A DNA stretch of 64,000 nucleotides, taken from the IMG/VR virus record IMGVR_UViG_3300005674_000016, positions 4,577 through 68,576 of that record. One strand, written 5' to 3'. Under the pieces are notes generated by a model, which saw only the letters and a program-made list of their open reading frames with translations, was not told the DNA's origin and ran no database searches. The stretch's first letter is position 1. Each line of letters opens with the position of its first letter. The position numbers and the translations under genes are program-made. The stretch is from a virus. Below are positions 41,230 to 50,187 of this stretch, piece by piece.

Positions 41230-42981
41230 TCAGCTCACGATGGCCATAGGATCGATGTAGACCGCGGTCGGCGTGCCCTGCGAATCCAGGTAGTGGACGT
41301 AGACCGCCATCCACCCTTCCTGCTCGGGCGTGACGGTCAGGGCCATGCTGAAGCGCCAGCCGGCGCGGAATGCCGCGGTGCCGTCCGCAATCGTGTCGCC
41401 GTCGACTGCCGTGGCGTAGCCCGCCGGCTCGCTGCCCGCGGTGGTGCCGCTGGTGGTGCAGAAGAAGAGGCGCCCGGGATTGGACGCGACCTGGAAATAC
41501 TGCCCGGCAGTGTATGCGGTGGAATCCGCGCGCGCCGAGGCGGTGCCCGTCCAGTCCTGAGCGGCGGGCGTGACGGCGGTCGGCGACGCCGGCATGAGAG
41601 GACCGGGGCCCCCGCTGCTGACGAACAACCCAGGATCCACGGTCGCGCCGATGTATTGCACCTCGAGGAAGACGATCGCATTGGTCGGCAGCGCGGTCTT
41701 GTTGCCGATGCCATAGACCGTGACCACGCGGGATCCGCCGACCGTGGTGTTCCAGAAGAAGATCGGCGGCGTGATCGGGTGGTACTGCCAGGTCGGCGCA
41801 CCGTTGGCGGTCGACGAGGCCGAGATCAGCCATGAGTAGGGATTGCCGCTCCCCGCCTCCGCGCCGCCTGCGCGATAGATCTGCACGTCGCTGGTGATGC
41901 CGCCATTCGCTGCCATGGCGCCGTAGACCGCATTCAGCACCAGGTTGCTGCCGGTGTCGTCGCTGCCGATCATCGCCAGGCGCTCGCTGCGCGCGCGCGT
42001 GCGCAGGTTGGTCGCCAGGACGGTGCTGGCGCCGAGCTTGCAGCCGCTGACCAGCACATCGCCAACGAAGGTGTTCGCGCCGGCCGACGTCTGCATGATG
42101 TTGCCGTTCAGCCCCGACAGGTCGACGCCAATCAGCGCCGCACGCATCGGCTGGTTGTCGATCAAGAGGTTGTTGGGCGACGTGCCCTGCACCGCGTTCG
42201 GCGTGTTCAGCCAGGTGAACGCGGAGCCGCCGGTGGTGATCGAGATGCCCTGGCCCGCTGCGCCGAAGGAGATGGGCGTGTTGATGAGGGTCAACTGCAT
42301 CACGACCGAGGTGACGCCCAGCGAGATCCGCGACGCGGCCGCCGTGGTGCCGAGCGCGAGCGAGCAGTTTTCCATGGTCACGGAGCCAGATGCCGCGGTC
42401 GAGCCGATCACCAGGCTTGCGGCGCTGGCGCCGGTCCCGATGCTGAAGTCCACGCCGTAGAAGTAGCCGGTGCGGCTCAGCGCGACCTGCGTGTTGCCCG
42501 TCGTGGTCACCGCGGCACCGGTCGACACCGACGCTGCGGTCGGCGGCAGTGCGGATCCCGCGACCGTGACGCAGACGGTGTAGTTCAGCGAGTTCCAGGT
42601 GCGCGCGCTGGTCCAGGTTTCCGAGTGGTCATCCGCCACGAACACGTTGTCGATGCCGCTGGCGCTGCCGCGGCCGCCATTGCTCAGGATCAGATCCAGC
42701 GTGGCAGCCGGCGCCGTCCAGTTGCCCGCGCTCTGGTACGCTTCCTGGCCTGTGCATTCGGTCCAGACCACGGATCCGTCGTTGGTGGTGCCGTTCAGAG
42801 TCAGCGTCCATGCCGGCTCGCTGCCGCCGGATGTGCCGCCAGTCGAGCACCGGAAGCAGCGCTCGTTGCCGGCGGTCGGCGCGGCGAGCTGGCGCACGAT
42901 CTGGCCCACCGAGTAGGCCGTGCTCGCCGCCCACTGCGCCACGGCCGCATAGCCGACGCTCGACACATACCAGTTGGCCAT
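41230..42981 (-). CDS. Putative receptor-binding / tail-associated protein with two CBM-like modules
   Basis: WAASTAYSVG...CST.GTSG.SEP.W...DG.V.W at the N-terminus, a second copy near the C-terminus; beta-rich core. Confidence 0.7.
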   Translation of the reverse strand: MANWYVSSVGYAAVAQWAASTAYSVGQIVRQLAAPTAGNERCFRCSTGGTSGGSEPAWTLTLNGTTNDGSVVWTECTGQEAYQSAGNWTAPAATLDLILSNGGRGSASGIDNVFVADDHSETWTSARTWNSLNYTVCVTVAGSALPPTAASVSTGAAVTTTGNTQVALSRTGYFYGVDFSIGTGASAASLVIGSTAASGSVTMENCSLALGTTAAASRISLGVTSVVMQLTLINTPISFGAAGQGISITTGGSAFTWLNTPNAVQGTSPNNLLIDNQPMRAALIGVDLSGLNGNIMQTSAGANTFVGDVLVSGCKLGASTVLATNLRTRARSERLAMIGSDDTGSNLVLNAVYGAMAANGGITSDVQIYRAGGAEAGSGNPYSWLISASSTANGAPTWQYHPITPPIFFWNTTVGGSRVVTVYGIGNKTALPTNAIVFLEVQYIGATVDPGLFVSSGGPGPLMPASPTAVTPAAQDWTGTASARADSTAYTAGQYFQVASNPGRLFFCTTSGTTAGSEPAGYATAVDGDTIADGTAAFRAGWRFSMALTVTPEQEGWMAVYVHYLDSQGTPTAVYIDPMAIVS

Positions 42982-43011
42982 GGAGGCGCTCCTTCAGCCG
43001 CGGCAGCCGCG

Positions 43012-43467
43012 CTAGGTGACCTCGATCAGCGCAGTGCCCGCGGCATCCACCGGCATCGTCAGGGAGAAGTTGCCCGCGACGATCGTCTGCGTCCCGAAGG
43101 TGAACGAGCCGACCGTGTTCTTGCCCGCTGCCGTGTCGTTGTACATCAGGCAGCAGTCGAAGGGACCGATCGTCACCCCGGTCCATGCCAGCGAGGCGCT
43201 CGGCGTCACGATGGCCGACGTGCCGTCGATCGAGGGCGGGTTGGCAAAGGTGAACGTCTCGCCGCCGGCAGTGTAGCCAGCGCCGGTCACCTCGCCCGTG
43301 GCCGTGTATGCCGCCGTGCTCGGACCGATCGTCGCGCTGGTCAGATACAGCGAGCCCTTGAAGGTATCGGGGGTGGTGCCGGCGCGGATGACCGTGGTGC
43401 CGAAGGCCATCAAGCCGTTCAGCAGGTCGCGCTTGAAGGTGATTGCGGCACCCTGAGTGTTGGCCAT
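43012..43467 (-). CDS. Small virion/tail protein
   Basis: FK.DLL.G, DTFK..LY, EV.G.GYTAGG motifs typical of phage minor tail proteins. Confidence 0.75.
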   Translation of the reverse strand: MANTQGAAITFKRDLLNGLMAFGTTVIRAGTTPDTFKGSLYLTSATIGPSTAAYTATGEVTGAGYTAGGETFTFANPPSIDGTSAIVTPSASLAWTGVTIGPFDCCLMYNDTAAGKNTVGSFTFGTQTIVAGNFSLTMPVDAAGTALIEVT

Positions 43468-43482
43468 GCGGCTCTCCTGTCG

Positions 43483-43713
43483 CTATGCCCGCGCGCTGGC
43501 ATTGAGCACCAGGCGCGTCTTGATCTGCATCCGGCAGTCGCGGCGCACCAGCTCGCGCGTGGTGATGACCCGGTACTCGTCGTAGATCTCCACCGCGCGC
43601 GCGTCTTCCCTGCGCCCCTGGCTATGCGCCAGCGCCGAGCGCGGCATGTAGCCGTAGATGGTCCAGACGTGGCTGGGGGTGTCGGGGTGGCCGTTGTTGA
43701 TCTGCATGGTCAT
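43483..43713 (-). CDS. Small hypothetical protein
   Basis: CAGGAG RBS; ATGA coupling. Confidence 0.55.
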   Translation of the reverse strand: MTMQINNGHPDTPSHVWTIYGYMPRSALAHSQGRREDARAVEIYDEYRVITTRELVRRDCRMQIKTRLVLNASARA

Positions 43714-44276
43714 GCTCCTGCCTGCGCCACGCGCACATTCCAGATCTGGATGAACGCCCTCTCGCCGACGCCCGGCGACTCGACCTGCATCTCGATCCGC
43801 AAATACACGGTGGAATTGGCAGTCACCCCGGCGAGGGAAAGCGTGAAGCTGAGGATTGTGATCGGCCCGATGAGGGGAACCATGTTGACGCTGGGCGGCG
43901 TCGCGGTGATGAAAATCGGATCTTCGGCGCCATAGTCCTGGGGCACCACCGATGCCGTCACGCCGAGCGTGCAGGAAGGCAGCGTCGTGTCGCTGTTGCA
44001 CTCGGCTGCGATCTGGACGGTCAGAGAACCCGAGTCGATAACAGCCTGGGAGACCGGGATGACCCACGTAGCGATGCCCGACCAGTTCTCTGCGTTGCTG
44101 TTTTCCAGCAGCATACGGACGTCGCCGTTGCCGGTGTCCCACGACAACCCAGGTCGACCATCCCCCATCTCAGATGCGTTGATCGGCTCGCCATATTCCG
44201 CTAGCGACGCGCCCAAGTCCAGCATCATGTCCAGCACGCTGCTGCCGCCACTGCTCGGGCCGGGGAAGATCGGCAT
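43710..44276 (-). CDS. Acidic beta-rich hypothetical protein with atypical codon usage
   Basis: Packed between tail genes; many A/T-ending codons. Confidence 0.6.
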   Translation of the reverse strand: MPIFPGPSSGGSSVLDMMLDLGASLAEYGEPINASEMGDGRPGLSWDTGNGDVRMLLENSNAENWSGIATWVIPVSQAVIDSGSLTVQIAAECNSDTTLPSCTLGVTASVVPQDYGAEDPIFITATPPSVNMVPLIGPITILSFTLSLAGVTANSTVYLRIEMQVESPGVGERAFIQIWNVRVAQAGA

Positions 44277-44279
44277 GGC

Positions 44280-44639
44280 TCAGCCCTCGATGATGGTGAC
44301 GGTGACGTCCGACGGCGCGTTGAAGCTGATCGGGCCGCTCGGCACCACAGTGCCGCTCTCGTACGAGCCGCCCGCGGGGATGGTGTAGAGCCCCGGTTCT
44401 CCCGGCAGCGGATCCGTGTCGTCGCCCAGGAAGTTGAAGTAGACGATCACCGAGGTCTGCGCTTGGATGAACAGGTAGCGCCGGTTCGGGTTGGCCGGCA
44501 CGACGTTGAACTGCGGCACGCCCGCCAGCAGGCTTGCGGTGTAGTCGGTCGGGTTGAAGCCGGTGTCGCCGGGCTGGTTGGCGATCCAGACCGGAATCGC
44601 GCCCCCGGCGTTCGACTGGTTGTTCGGGAACCCAGGCAT
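44280..44639 (-). CDS. Small beta-sandwich virion protein (ANP.R..h.I motif)
   Basis: PANPNRRYLFIQ; AAGGAG RBS. Confidence 0.65.
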   Translation of the reverse strand: MPGFPNNQSNAGGAIPVWIANQPGDTGFNPTDYTASLLAGVPQFNVVPANPNRRYLFIQAQTSVIVYFNFLGDDTDPLPGEPGLYTIPAGGSYESGTVVPSGPISFNAPSDVTVTIIEG

Positions 44640-44649
44640 CACGTGCTCC

Positions 44650-45645
44650 TTACGAGTAGAAGCTGATCAGCAGGAAGCCCTGCTGGCCGTCGCCGCCGTC
44701 GCGCGCGGTCACCTGGCTCTCGGTGTTCAGGCCACCGCTGCCGCCCGTGCCGTAGCCGGTGCCGGCCACGCCATCGGCGCTGGTGCCGGCCTCGCCGCCC
44801 CCGGTGCCGTAGGGGGTGTTCGCGCCGGTACCGGAGAAGCCGTTGGTGGGCGCCAGGCCGATGCCGACGCCGCCAGCGTCGCCAGCCGCGAGGAACAGCG
44901 CCGTGCCACCGCTCTGCGAGGCCAGCGCGCCTTGCGCGCCGCCGCCGATCGCGGCGGGGGGCGTGAACGCCGCGCTGCCGGGCCCGCCGCCGCCGCCCGG
45001 GAAGGTGATGGTGCCGAATGTGCCCACCAGGGTGGTGCCCTGCCCGTTCGAGCCATTGCCCGACGACACGCCATCGATGCCGCCGGCGCCGCCAAGCCCG
45101 ATCGTCGCGGTCAGCGACGCGATGCCGCTGGTCACCAGCACCTTGCCGAATCCACCCGCGCCGCCGCCGCCGCCCATGGAGAACTCGCCGGCCGAGGTTG
45201 CGCCGGCCGCACCGCCGCCACCGCCGCCGCCCACGCCTTCAACGATCATCGAGTTGGCGCCGGCCGGGACTGTCACCGCTCCGCTCGCGGTCACCACCTG
45301 CACCTCGAGCAGCCGGCCGGGGTTGTCATCAGGCTGCACCAGCCCCTGCATCGTGCCCGCGGTGTTCAGATGCGCTGCGATATCGCCGGCCGTCCACGCC
45401 AGCGCGGTGGTGCCTTCCTGAGCACGAACGATCGTCAGCGTGTCGCTGGCGCGGCCGGTGACGTGCACGATCTCCTTCAGGATCCCGGTTGCGGCATCCG
45501 TGAAGGTCATCACGAAGTATTCGTCGGCGCCGGGGTTCGGGAACAGGGCACCAGTCCCTGGCGCGAGATTACAGGTGACCGCGACGTTGCTGATTGAGCC
45601 GGCCAGCGTCGAGGTGGCATTGTTGGCGAAGAGGATGATGGCCAC
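44650..45645 (-). CDS. Tail fibre-like protein with a glycine-rich domain
   Basis: FANNA.STLA...EIV.VT.R..DTLTI.RAQEGT.A..W N-terminus; GGGGGGG repeats; G.G.GG.GG...G.DG..G. Confidence 0.8.
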   Translation of the reverse strand: MAIILFANNATSTLAGSISNVAVTCNLAPGTGALFPNPGADEYFVMTFTDAATGILKEIVHVTGRASDTLTIVRAQEGTTALAWTAGDIAAHLNTAGTMQGLVQPDDNPGRLLEVQVVTASGAVTVPAGANSMIVEGVGGGGGGGAAGATSAGEFSMGGGGGAGGFGKVLVTSGIASLTATIGLGGAGGIDGVSSGNGSNGQGTTLVGTFGTITFPGGGGGPGSAAFTPPAAIGGGAQGALASQSGGTALFLAAGDAGGVGIGLAPTNGFSGTGANTPYGTGGGEAGTSADGVAGTGYGTGGSGGLNTESQVTARDGGDGQQGFLLISFYS

Positions 45646-45677
45646 GCGCGTCGTCTCCCGCGGTTCCGCTACGCCCC

Positions 45678-45720
45678 CTTATACCGGGAGCGGCCAGACT
45701 GCATAGGGTTTTGCAGTCTG
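45678..45720 (-). promoter_or_regulatory. Internal late promoter with a 9-bp inverted repeat
   Basis: CAGACTGCA-N8-TGCAGTCTG (45695-45720) enclosing AAAACCC on the minus strand; TATAAG at 45683-45678. Confidence 0.5.
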
Positions 45721-45733
45721 CGGAGCGGCGGCG

Positions 45734-47152
45734 TCAGCCCTGGGTGATGTCGATCCTGGTGCTGTCGGTGTAGAAATAGCTCTCCGGGTCGCCTTCGATG
45801 ATGCCCGTGCCGGCGATTGGCGAGACGCCCACCCCATTGATCGAGACCGCGAACACCATGCGCGTGAGCTGCTCGGGCGGCACCAGCGACGCCACCGCCG
45901 CCTGGAAAGCCGTCTGCATCTCGTAAAGGTTCATCGGCTGGCCCACCACCACGTTCATCACGTAGTCGACCAGTGCCGGCGAGCCCAGCTGTGCGACCGC
46001 GGCCGGCGGCACCAGGTTGGGGCTGGTCGTGTTCCAGGTGACCGAGATATCGACCAGCTGCTGCGGCGGCTGGACGTAGCGGATGACGTAGCTGTCGGGG
46101 AAGTCGTAGATGCTCACTTCCTGGTTCCGGTCGTTCGGCGTGCACACGCCCCCCGAGACATATGCGCCGAAGCCGGTCGTATCGACGCCGATCGAGAAGC
46201 TCTTCTCGTCGATCACCGTGGCGGTATAGGTGTTGCCGTTGACCTCGGTCATGCCGACCACGTCGTCGAGGGTGACGTCATCGCCCGTGGTGTAGCCATG
46301 GTTCAGGTCGGTGGTGACCACCCCGGGGTTGTCCTGGCTGATATCCGTCACCGCGATCGTGCTGCCGACCAGCGACGAGACGTCGAAGAGCGAGATGAAG
46401 ATGGCATAGGCCACCTGGTAGGGGTCGCCGCCGCCGCAGATGACCTCCCACCCGCTGCTCTGCTGGCGCACCGAAACCAGCCGCGCCTGCACGCCTTCGA
46501 CCGCCTGCAGCGCGGTGCGCAGCGCGCTCGGCATGCCCTGGCTGACCGCCCGGCCTGCCTGCAGAACCTGCGCGCGGTATTGCTCCGCGGTCTGCGCGCC
46601 GGTGCCCGGCAGCCCGGCTTCGGGGTTGGTGACGGAGAGGGTGACGGCATCCGGCACCGACGTCACCAGCTGCGTCACGGTGCCCGGCGGCACAGCCCAG
46701 CTGCCCTGGGTGGTCGCCAGCGCGAAGATGCTGCCCGAGGTGCCGTCCGTGCCGACCACGCCGCCGGTCTGCACCACGTACTGGTATGTGCCGTCCGAGA
46801 CGGTGAAGCCGGCCGAGATCACGAAGCCGACCGAGCCCGAGAAGACCACCTGCACGCTGGTGGTGCTGTCGCGGCCCAGCGGCACGCCGTAGATGTTGCC
46901 CAGCTGCCGCAGCAGGTAGTCGTTCGCCGCATAGGGGGTGAGGCTGTTGACCAGCTCCACGCGCGCCGCATCGGCCAGCGCGATCGCCGCGACGTCGGTG
47001 CTGCTGATGTCCTCGATCAGCGAGCCTGGCAGGTTCGCGGTGTATCCGGGGTTGGTCGACGCCACCAGGCTCAGCAGCGCCTGGCGAATGGCCACCGGCG
47101 ACGTCGGCAGCAGCCCTTCGGGCCCCATCACCGTGGGGAAGATTTCGGTCAT
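45734..47152 (-). CDS. Baseplate J-like protein with an inserted E1-FCCH-like domain
   Basis: PGYTANLPGSLIEDISST, V.FSG..G.VI..GF.V.DG, ...T.EQYRA.V; insert DISQ.NPGVVT...HG...GD.V....V.GMTE.NG. Confidence 0.88.
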   Translation of the reverse strand: MTEIFPTVMGPEGLLPTSPVAIRQALLSLVASTNPGYTANLPGSLIEDISSTDVAAIALADAARVELVNSLTPYAANDYLLRQLGNIYGVPLGRDSTTSVQVVFSGSVGFVISAGFTVSDGTYQYVVQTGGVVGTDGTSGSIFALATTQGSWAVPPGTVTQLVTSVPDAVTLSVTNPEAGLPGTGAQTAEQYRAQVLQAGRAVSQGMPSALRTALQAVEGVQARLVSVRQQSSGWEVICGGGDPYQVAYAIFISLFDVSSLVGSTIAVTDISQDNPGVVTTDLNHGYTTGDDVTLDDVVGMTEVNGNTYTATVIDEKSFSIGVDTTGFGAYVSGGVCTPNDRNQEVSIYDFPDSYVIRYVQPPQQLVDISVTWNTTSPNLVPPAAVAQLGSPALVDYVMNVVVGQPMNLYEMQTAFQAAVASLVPPEQLTRMVFAVSINGVGVSPIAGTGIIEGDPESYFYTDSTRIDITQG

Positions 47153-47496
47153 ATCGGGATCTCCCGCTGGATGCTGGTGCCGTAGTTGGTGACCACGTTG
47201 ACCCGATAGGTCGGGGTCGGCTCAGGCATCTTGGTGATGATGAGGGAGGCGAAGTAGGACGCGAATTGGCGCTGGGTCTGGAACACGTAGAAGTCGGGGA
47301 AGATCTGCTGGATGATCGCCTGCTCGGCCGGGATCCCGTGGTTGGCATAGAAGGGCGACTCGCCCAGGATCAGCTGCAGGCACTGGCACAGCGTGGTCAG
47401 GTAGACATAGTCGTTCGCGCCGTTCGGCTGGGTTTCCACCATCTCCCACCGGCGGTTGCCGTCCGCGTCGGGGGGAAGCCGTCCATACGTCCTCAT
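47149..47496 (-). CDS. Baseplate wedge / sheath initiator protein
   Basis: MRTYGR...L.L.LGESPF.AN.GIPA; between the spike and J-like genes. Confidence 0.75.
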   Translation of the reverse strand: MRTYGRLPPDADGNRRWEMVETQPNGANDYVYLTTLCQCLQLILGESPFYANHGIPAEQAIIQQIFPDFYVFQTQRQFASYFASLIITKMPEPTPTYRVNVVTNYGTSIQREIPI

Positions 47497-48137
47497 ACCG
47501 GTGGCCCCGATGTTCCGCCGCCCACTTCGACGCCGCCGTGGCGATGCGTCTTCAGGCTGATGCCGTCTGCTATCACATCGCCGCCGGTGACTGTGACGGT
47601 CAAGCCGTTGATCGCCACGCCGCCGGCTGTCACCGCCACCGTCCCGCCGCCGACCAGGATGGTGACCCCGCTCGGCGTGAGCAGCAGCCGCACGGCGCTG
47701 TCCTGCGTGCGCAGGGTGACGCCGCCGGGCCCGTAGACCGTGGCCACGTTCCCGTCGACGTTCTGGAAGTCCATGTTGCCGATCGGAGCAAACACCAGCG
47801 CGCCCAGGTTGCTCTGGGTGGTGAGGTCGGCCGTGCCGCCGCCCAGCCCCGACACGCCGCCGAGGTAGGCATCGCCGGGGATCACGAAGCCGCGGCAGCC
47901 CACCTGGATCGGCGCGCGGAAATACTCGGTGGTCAGCACCGGCATCTTCACCTGCGGCAAGGTGAAGGGGATGGCTGCCATCTCGAATTTCACCGTGACG
48001 ATCGTGCCGGCCTTGTTGACCGAAGCCACCGTCGCCGGCAGCGCCTTGCCGAGCAGCTGGATGGCGTCCTCTGCCCGTTTGGTGGACAGGTCGTTGAGGC
48101 TCTGGCCGAGCGGCTTCTTAATGTAGGAATCAGCCAT
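47493..48137 (-). CDS. Baseplate central spike (gpV/gp45-like)
   Basis: OB-like N-terminus; C-terminal GISLKTHRHGGV..G. Confidence 0.88.
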   Translation of the reverse strand: MADSYIKKPLGQSLNDLSTKRAEDAIQLLGKALPATVASVNKAGTIVTVKFEMAAIPFTLPQVKMPVLTTEYFRAPIQVGCRGFVIPGDAYLGGVSGLGGGTADLTTQSNLGALVFAPIGNMDFQNVDGNVATVYGPGGVTLRTQDSAVRLLLTPSGVTILVGGGTVAVTAGGVAINGLTVTVTGGDVIADGISLKTHRHGGVEVGGGTSGPPV

Positions 48138-49125
48138 TGCGCTGCACCGTCGCCTGGAAAGTGGTGACCCACGACAGGCCGCTCGATCCCCGGAACCGGC
48201 CCGTGTGCCTGGCGTTGTCGATCTGGAACACGCCGGCGAAGGCATCCCGCGCGCGCGCCTGCGATTGCGACGCCTGCGTCGTCAGGGTTTGCAGCAGCGA
48301 CAGGTCGGGCGGCAGACGGATGAAGTCTCCGGTCTGCAAGTCGCCGCGCATCACCGTGGTGATCGACAGCCGATCGGCCGCCAGCCAGGTGATCTGGCCG
48401 ACCAGGTCGTTGAACTCGATCGACCGTGGCGTGGTGCGGGTGGTCGCATCCTGGATGATGAATTCGCGCTCCTTCAGGAAGATGCGCACGCCGGGATAGC
48501 CCTCGTCGCGGATGATGCCGCGGCTCACCTCCTGGATGTAGCGCGCGAATTGCAGCGGGGTGCCGTAGAAGCCCGGCTGGTCGTGCTGCAGCTTCAGCCG
48601 GTCGCTGATGTTGATGGTGGCGGTGTATCCGGGGAATGCGGTGCGCAGCGTGGCGCGGATGGCGTCCGCAAGCAGCTGCCCGGCCTTCCAGTCGATCGTG
48701 AGGTTCACTGGGGTTTCCGGCTTCGTGTTGCCGGCGGTGAAGATGAGCTCGAGCGTCATGTCTGTGCCCGTCCAGTTGCCGAACGCCTGCTGGATCGTGC
48801 CCGCGACGAGCAGCCCCGCTTGCTGCGGCTTGGCCAGCGGCAGCCCGCGCTGCATGCCGCCATAGACCTCGATCTCCATGAGGTTGAAGTCGCTGGCCTG
48901 CGCGATGGTTTCGAGGTCGACGCCATAGATGCGCACGTAGCCGCCGCCCATCGGGGTGGCGAAGTCGGTCACCGGAATGTCGAAGTCGACTTCGAGGGCG
49001 TTGGGCAGCACCCCGCCGGTGGCGCCTTGCGTGCGGAATGACCGCAGCGCCCCGGCAGGCACCGCGGGCCGGCCGCCGGCTGCCGCACGCGCAGGGCGGT
49101 TGATGTTGATCAGGTAGTAGCGCAC
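48130..49125 (-). CDS. Baseplate hub protein
   Basis: GM..GLPLA.P.Q.G....G.I.Q.FGNW.G; position in the tail operon. Confidence 0.8.
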   Translation of the reverse strand: MRYYLININRPARAAAGGRPAVPAGALRSFRTQGATGGVLPNALEVDFDIPVTDFATPMGGGYVRIYGVDLETIAQASDFNLMEIEVYGGMQRGLPLAKPQQAGLLVAGTIQQAFGNWTGTDMTLELIFTAGNTKPETPVNLTIDWKAGQLLADAIRATLRTAFPGYTATINISDRLKLQHDQPGFYGTPLQFARYIQEVSRGIIRDEGYPGVRIFLKEREFIIQDATTRTTPRSIEFNDLVGQITWLAADRLSITTVMRGDLQTGDFIRLPPDLSLLQTLTTQASQSQARARDAFAGVFQIDNARHTGRFRGSSGLSWVTTFQATVQRNG

Positions 49126-49135
49126 GCGCCCTGCC

Positions 49136-49411
49136 TCACGGGTCGATCACCTCGAACTGGTTCCGTGCCGGCCGCCAGACCAGCATGGTCGTGGTGTAGT
49201 TCGCCGTCAGGCTGATGTCGCGGTCCAGCGGCGAGCCGACCATGGCGATCGACAGCAGCAGCACGGAATCGACCGTGTAGATGTTGGCGTACCAGCGCTG
49301 GCCGAACAGGTTCCAGGTGATGATGACCGTGTAGGACTCGCCATCGAGCACGGCGCGGAACTGGAATGGCCCGGTGAGCGTCGGGACGAAGTCGATGAAT
49401 GTGGTGGTCAT
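49136..49411 (-). CDS. Baseplate plug-like small protein
   Basis: PFQF...LDG..Y....WN.FGQRWY..I. Confidence 0.75.
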   Translation of the reverse strand: MTTTFIDFVPTLTGPFQFRAVLDGESYTVIITWNLFGQRWYANIYTVDSVLLLSIAMVGSPLDRDISLTANYTTTMLVWRPARNQFEVIDP

Positions 49412-50187
49412 ATCAGGGGCACCTGCTGGACCGGGAGCAGGGGCGCCGTGAAGCCGCCCTGCTGGATGGCGCCGCCCACCAGGCTCTGCACCGCGGTCTG
49501 CACCTGCGCCACGCCAGACGCCAGGGTCTGGCCGATGGTCAGCGCGCCGCCGGTCGATGCGCCAGTGGTCGGCACGCCGCTGGCGATCGCCGCCATCTGC
49601 GCGTTCAGCGCTTCCAGCGCATCCTCTTCGGTGATCAGCGGGCGGGTGAAGTCCCACTGGAATTCCGCCTGCACCTGGCGGCCGCTGCTCTGCGTGATGT
49701 CGCGCAGGTCGGTCAGCAGACAGTCGGTGTAGATGAAGGCTGGCGTGGCGACGATGTAGGTTCCGCCCGTCGTGCTGTGCAGGTTCAGGGTGGCGCGCAG
49801 CGCGCTCATCGTGGCCAGCTTGGTGAGGTAGCCACCCGGGCCGCGCGCGGGGCAGATCATGCGCAGCGAGATCCGCAGGGGGTCCGAGATGATCGCGTTC
49901 GCTGCCACGCGCTGGTTGGCGAAGGGATAGTCCCCCACCCGGTTCGAAATCAGGCTGCCGCCGGGCAGCGGCTCGAAGTGCGCGAAGAAGTCGTTGAGCT
50001 CGAGGTTCTCTGCCCCGCCCAGGATGCCGCGGGCGAAGTTGATGGACTCGGTCAGCGAGATGATCGGCAGCATGCCGAACGGGATCAGCTGCGTCACCTG
50101 GCTCTTGCCGGTCAGGATGATCGGCGAGATCTCGTAGCCGAGCCGGAAGATCTCCTTGCTGACGGAGGTGAACGCGCTGCCGCTCAT
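49408..50187 (-). CDS. Tail tube initiator-like baseplate protein
   Basis: YPFANQ.VAANA, GGTY.VATP...Y..CLL; follows the tape measure gene. Confidence 0.7.
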   Translation of the reverse strand: MSGSAFTSVSKEIFRLGYEISPIILTGKSQVTQLIPFGMLPIISLTESINFARGILGGAENLELNDFFAHFEPLPGGSLISNRVGDYPFANQRVAANAIISDPLRISLRMICPARGPGGYLTKLATMSALRATLNLHSTTGGTYIVATPAFIYTDCLLTDLRDITQSSGRQVQAEFQWDFTRPLITEEDALEALNAQMAAIASGVPTTGASTGGALTIGQTLASGVAQVQTAVQSLVGGAIQQGGFTAPLLPVQQVPLI

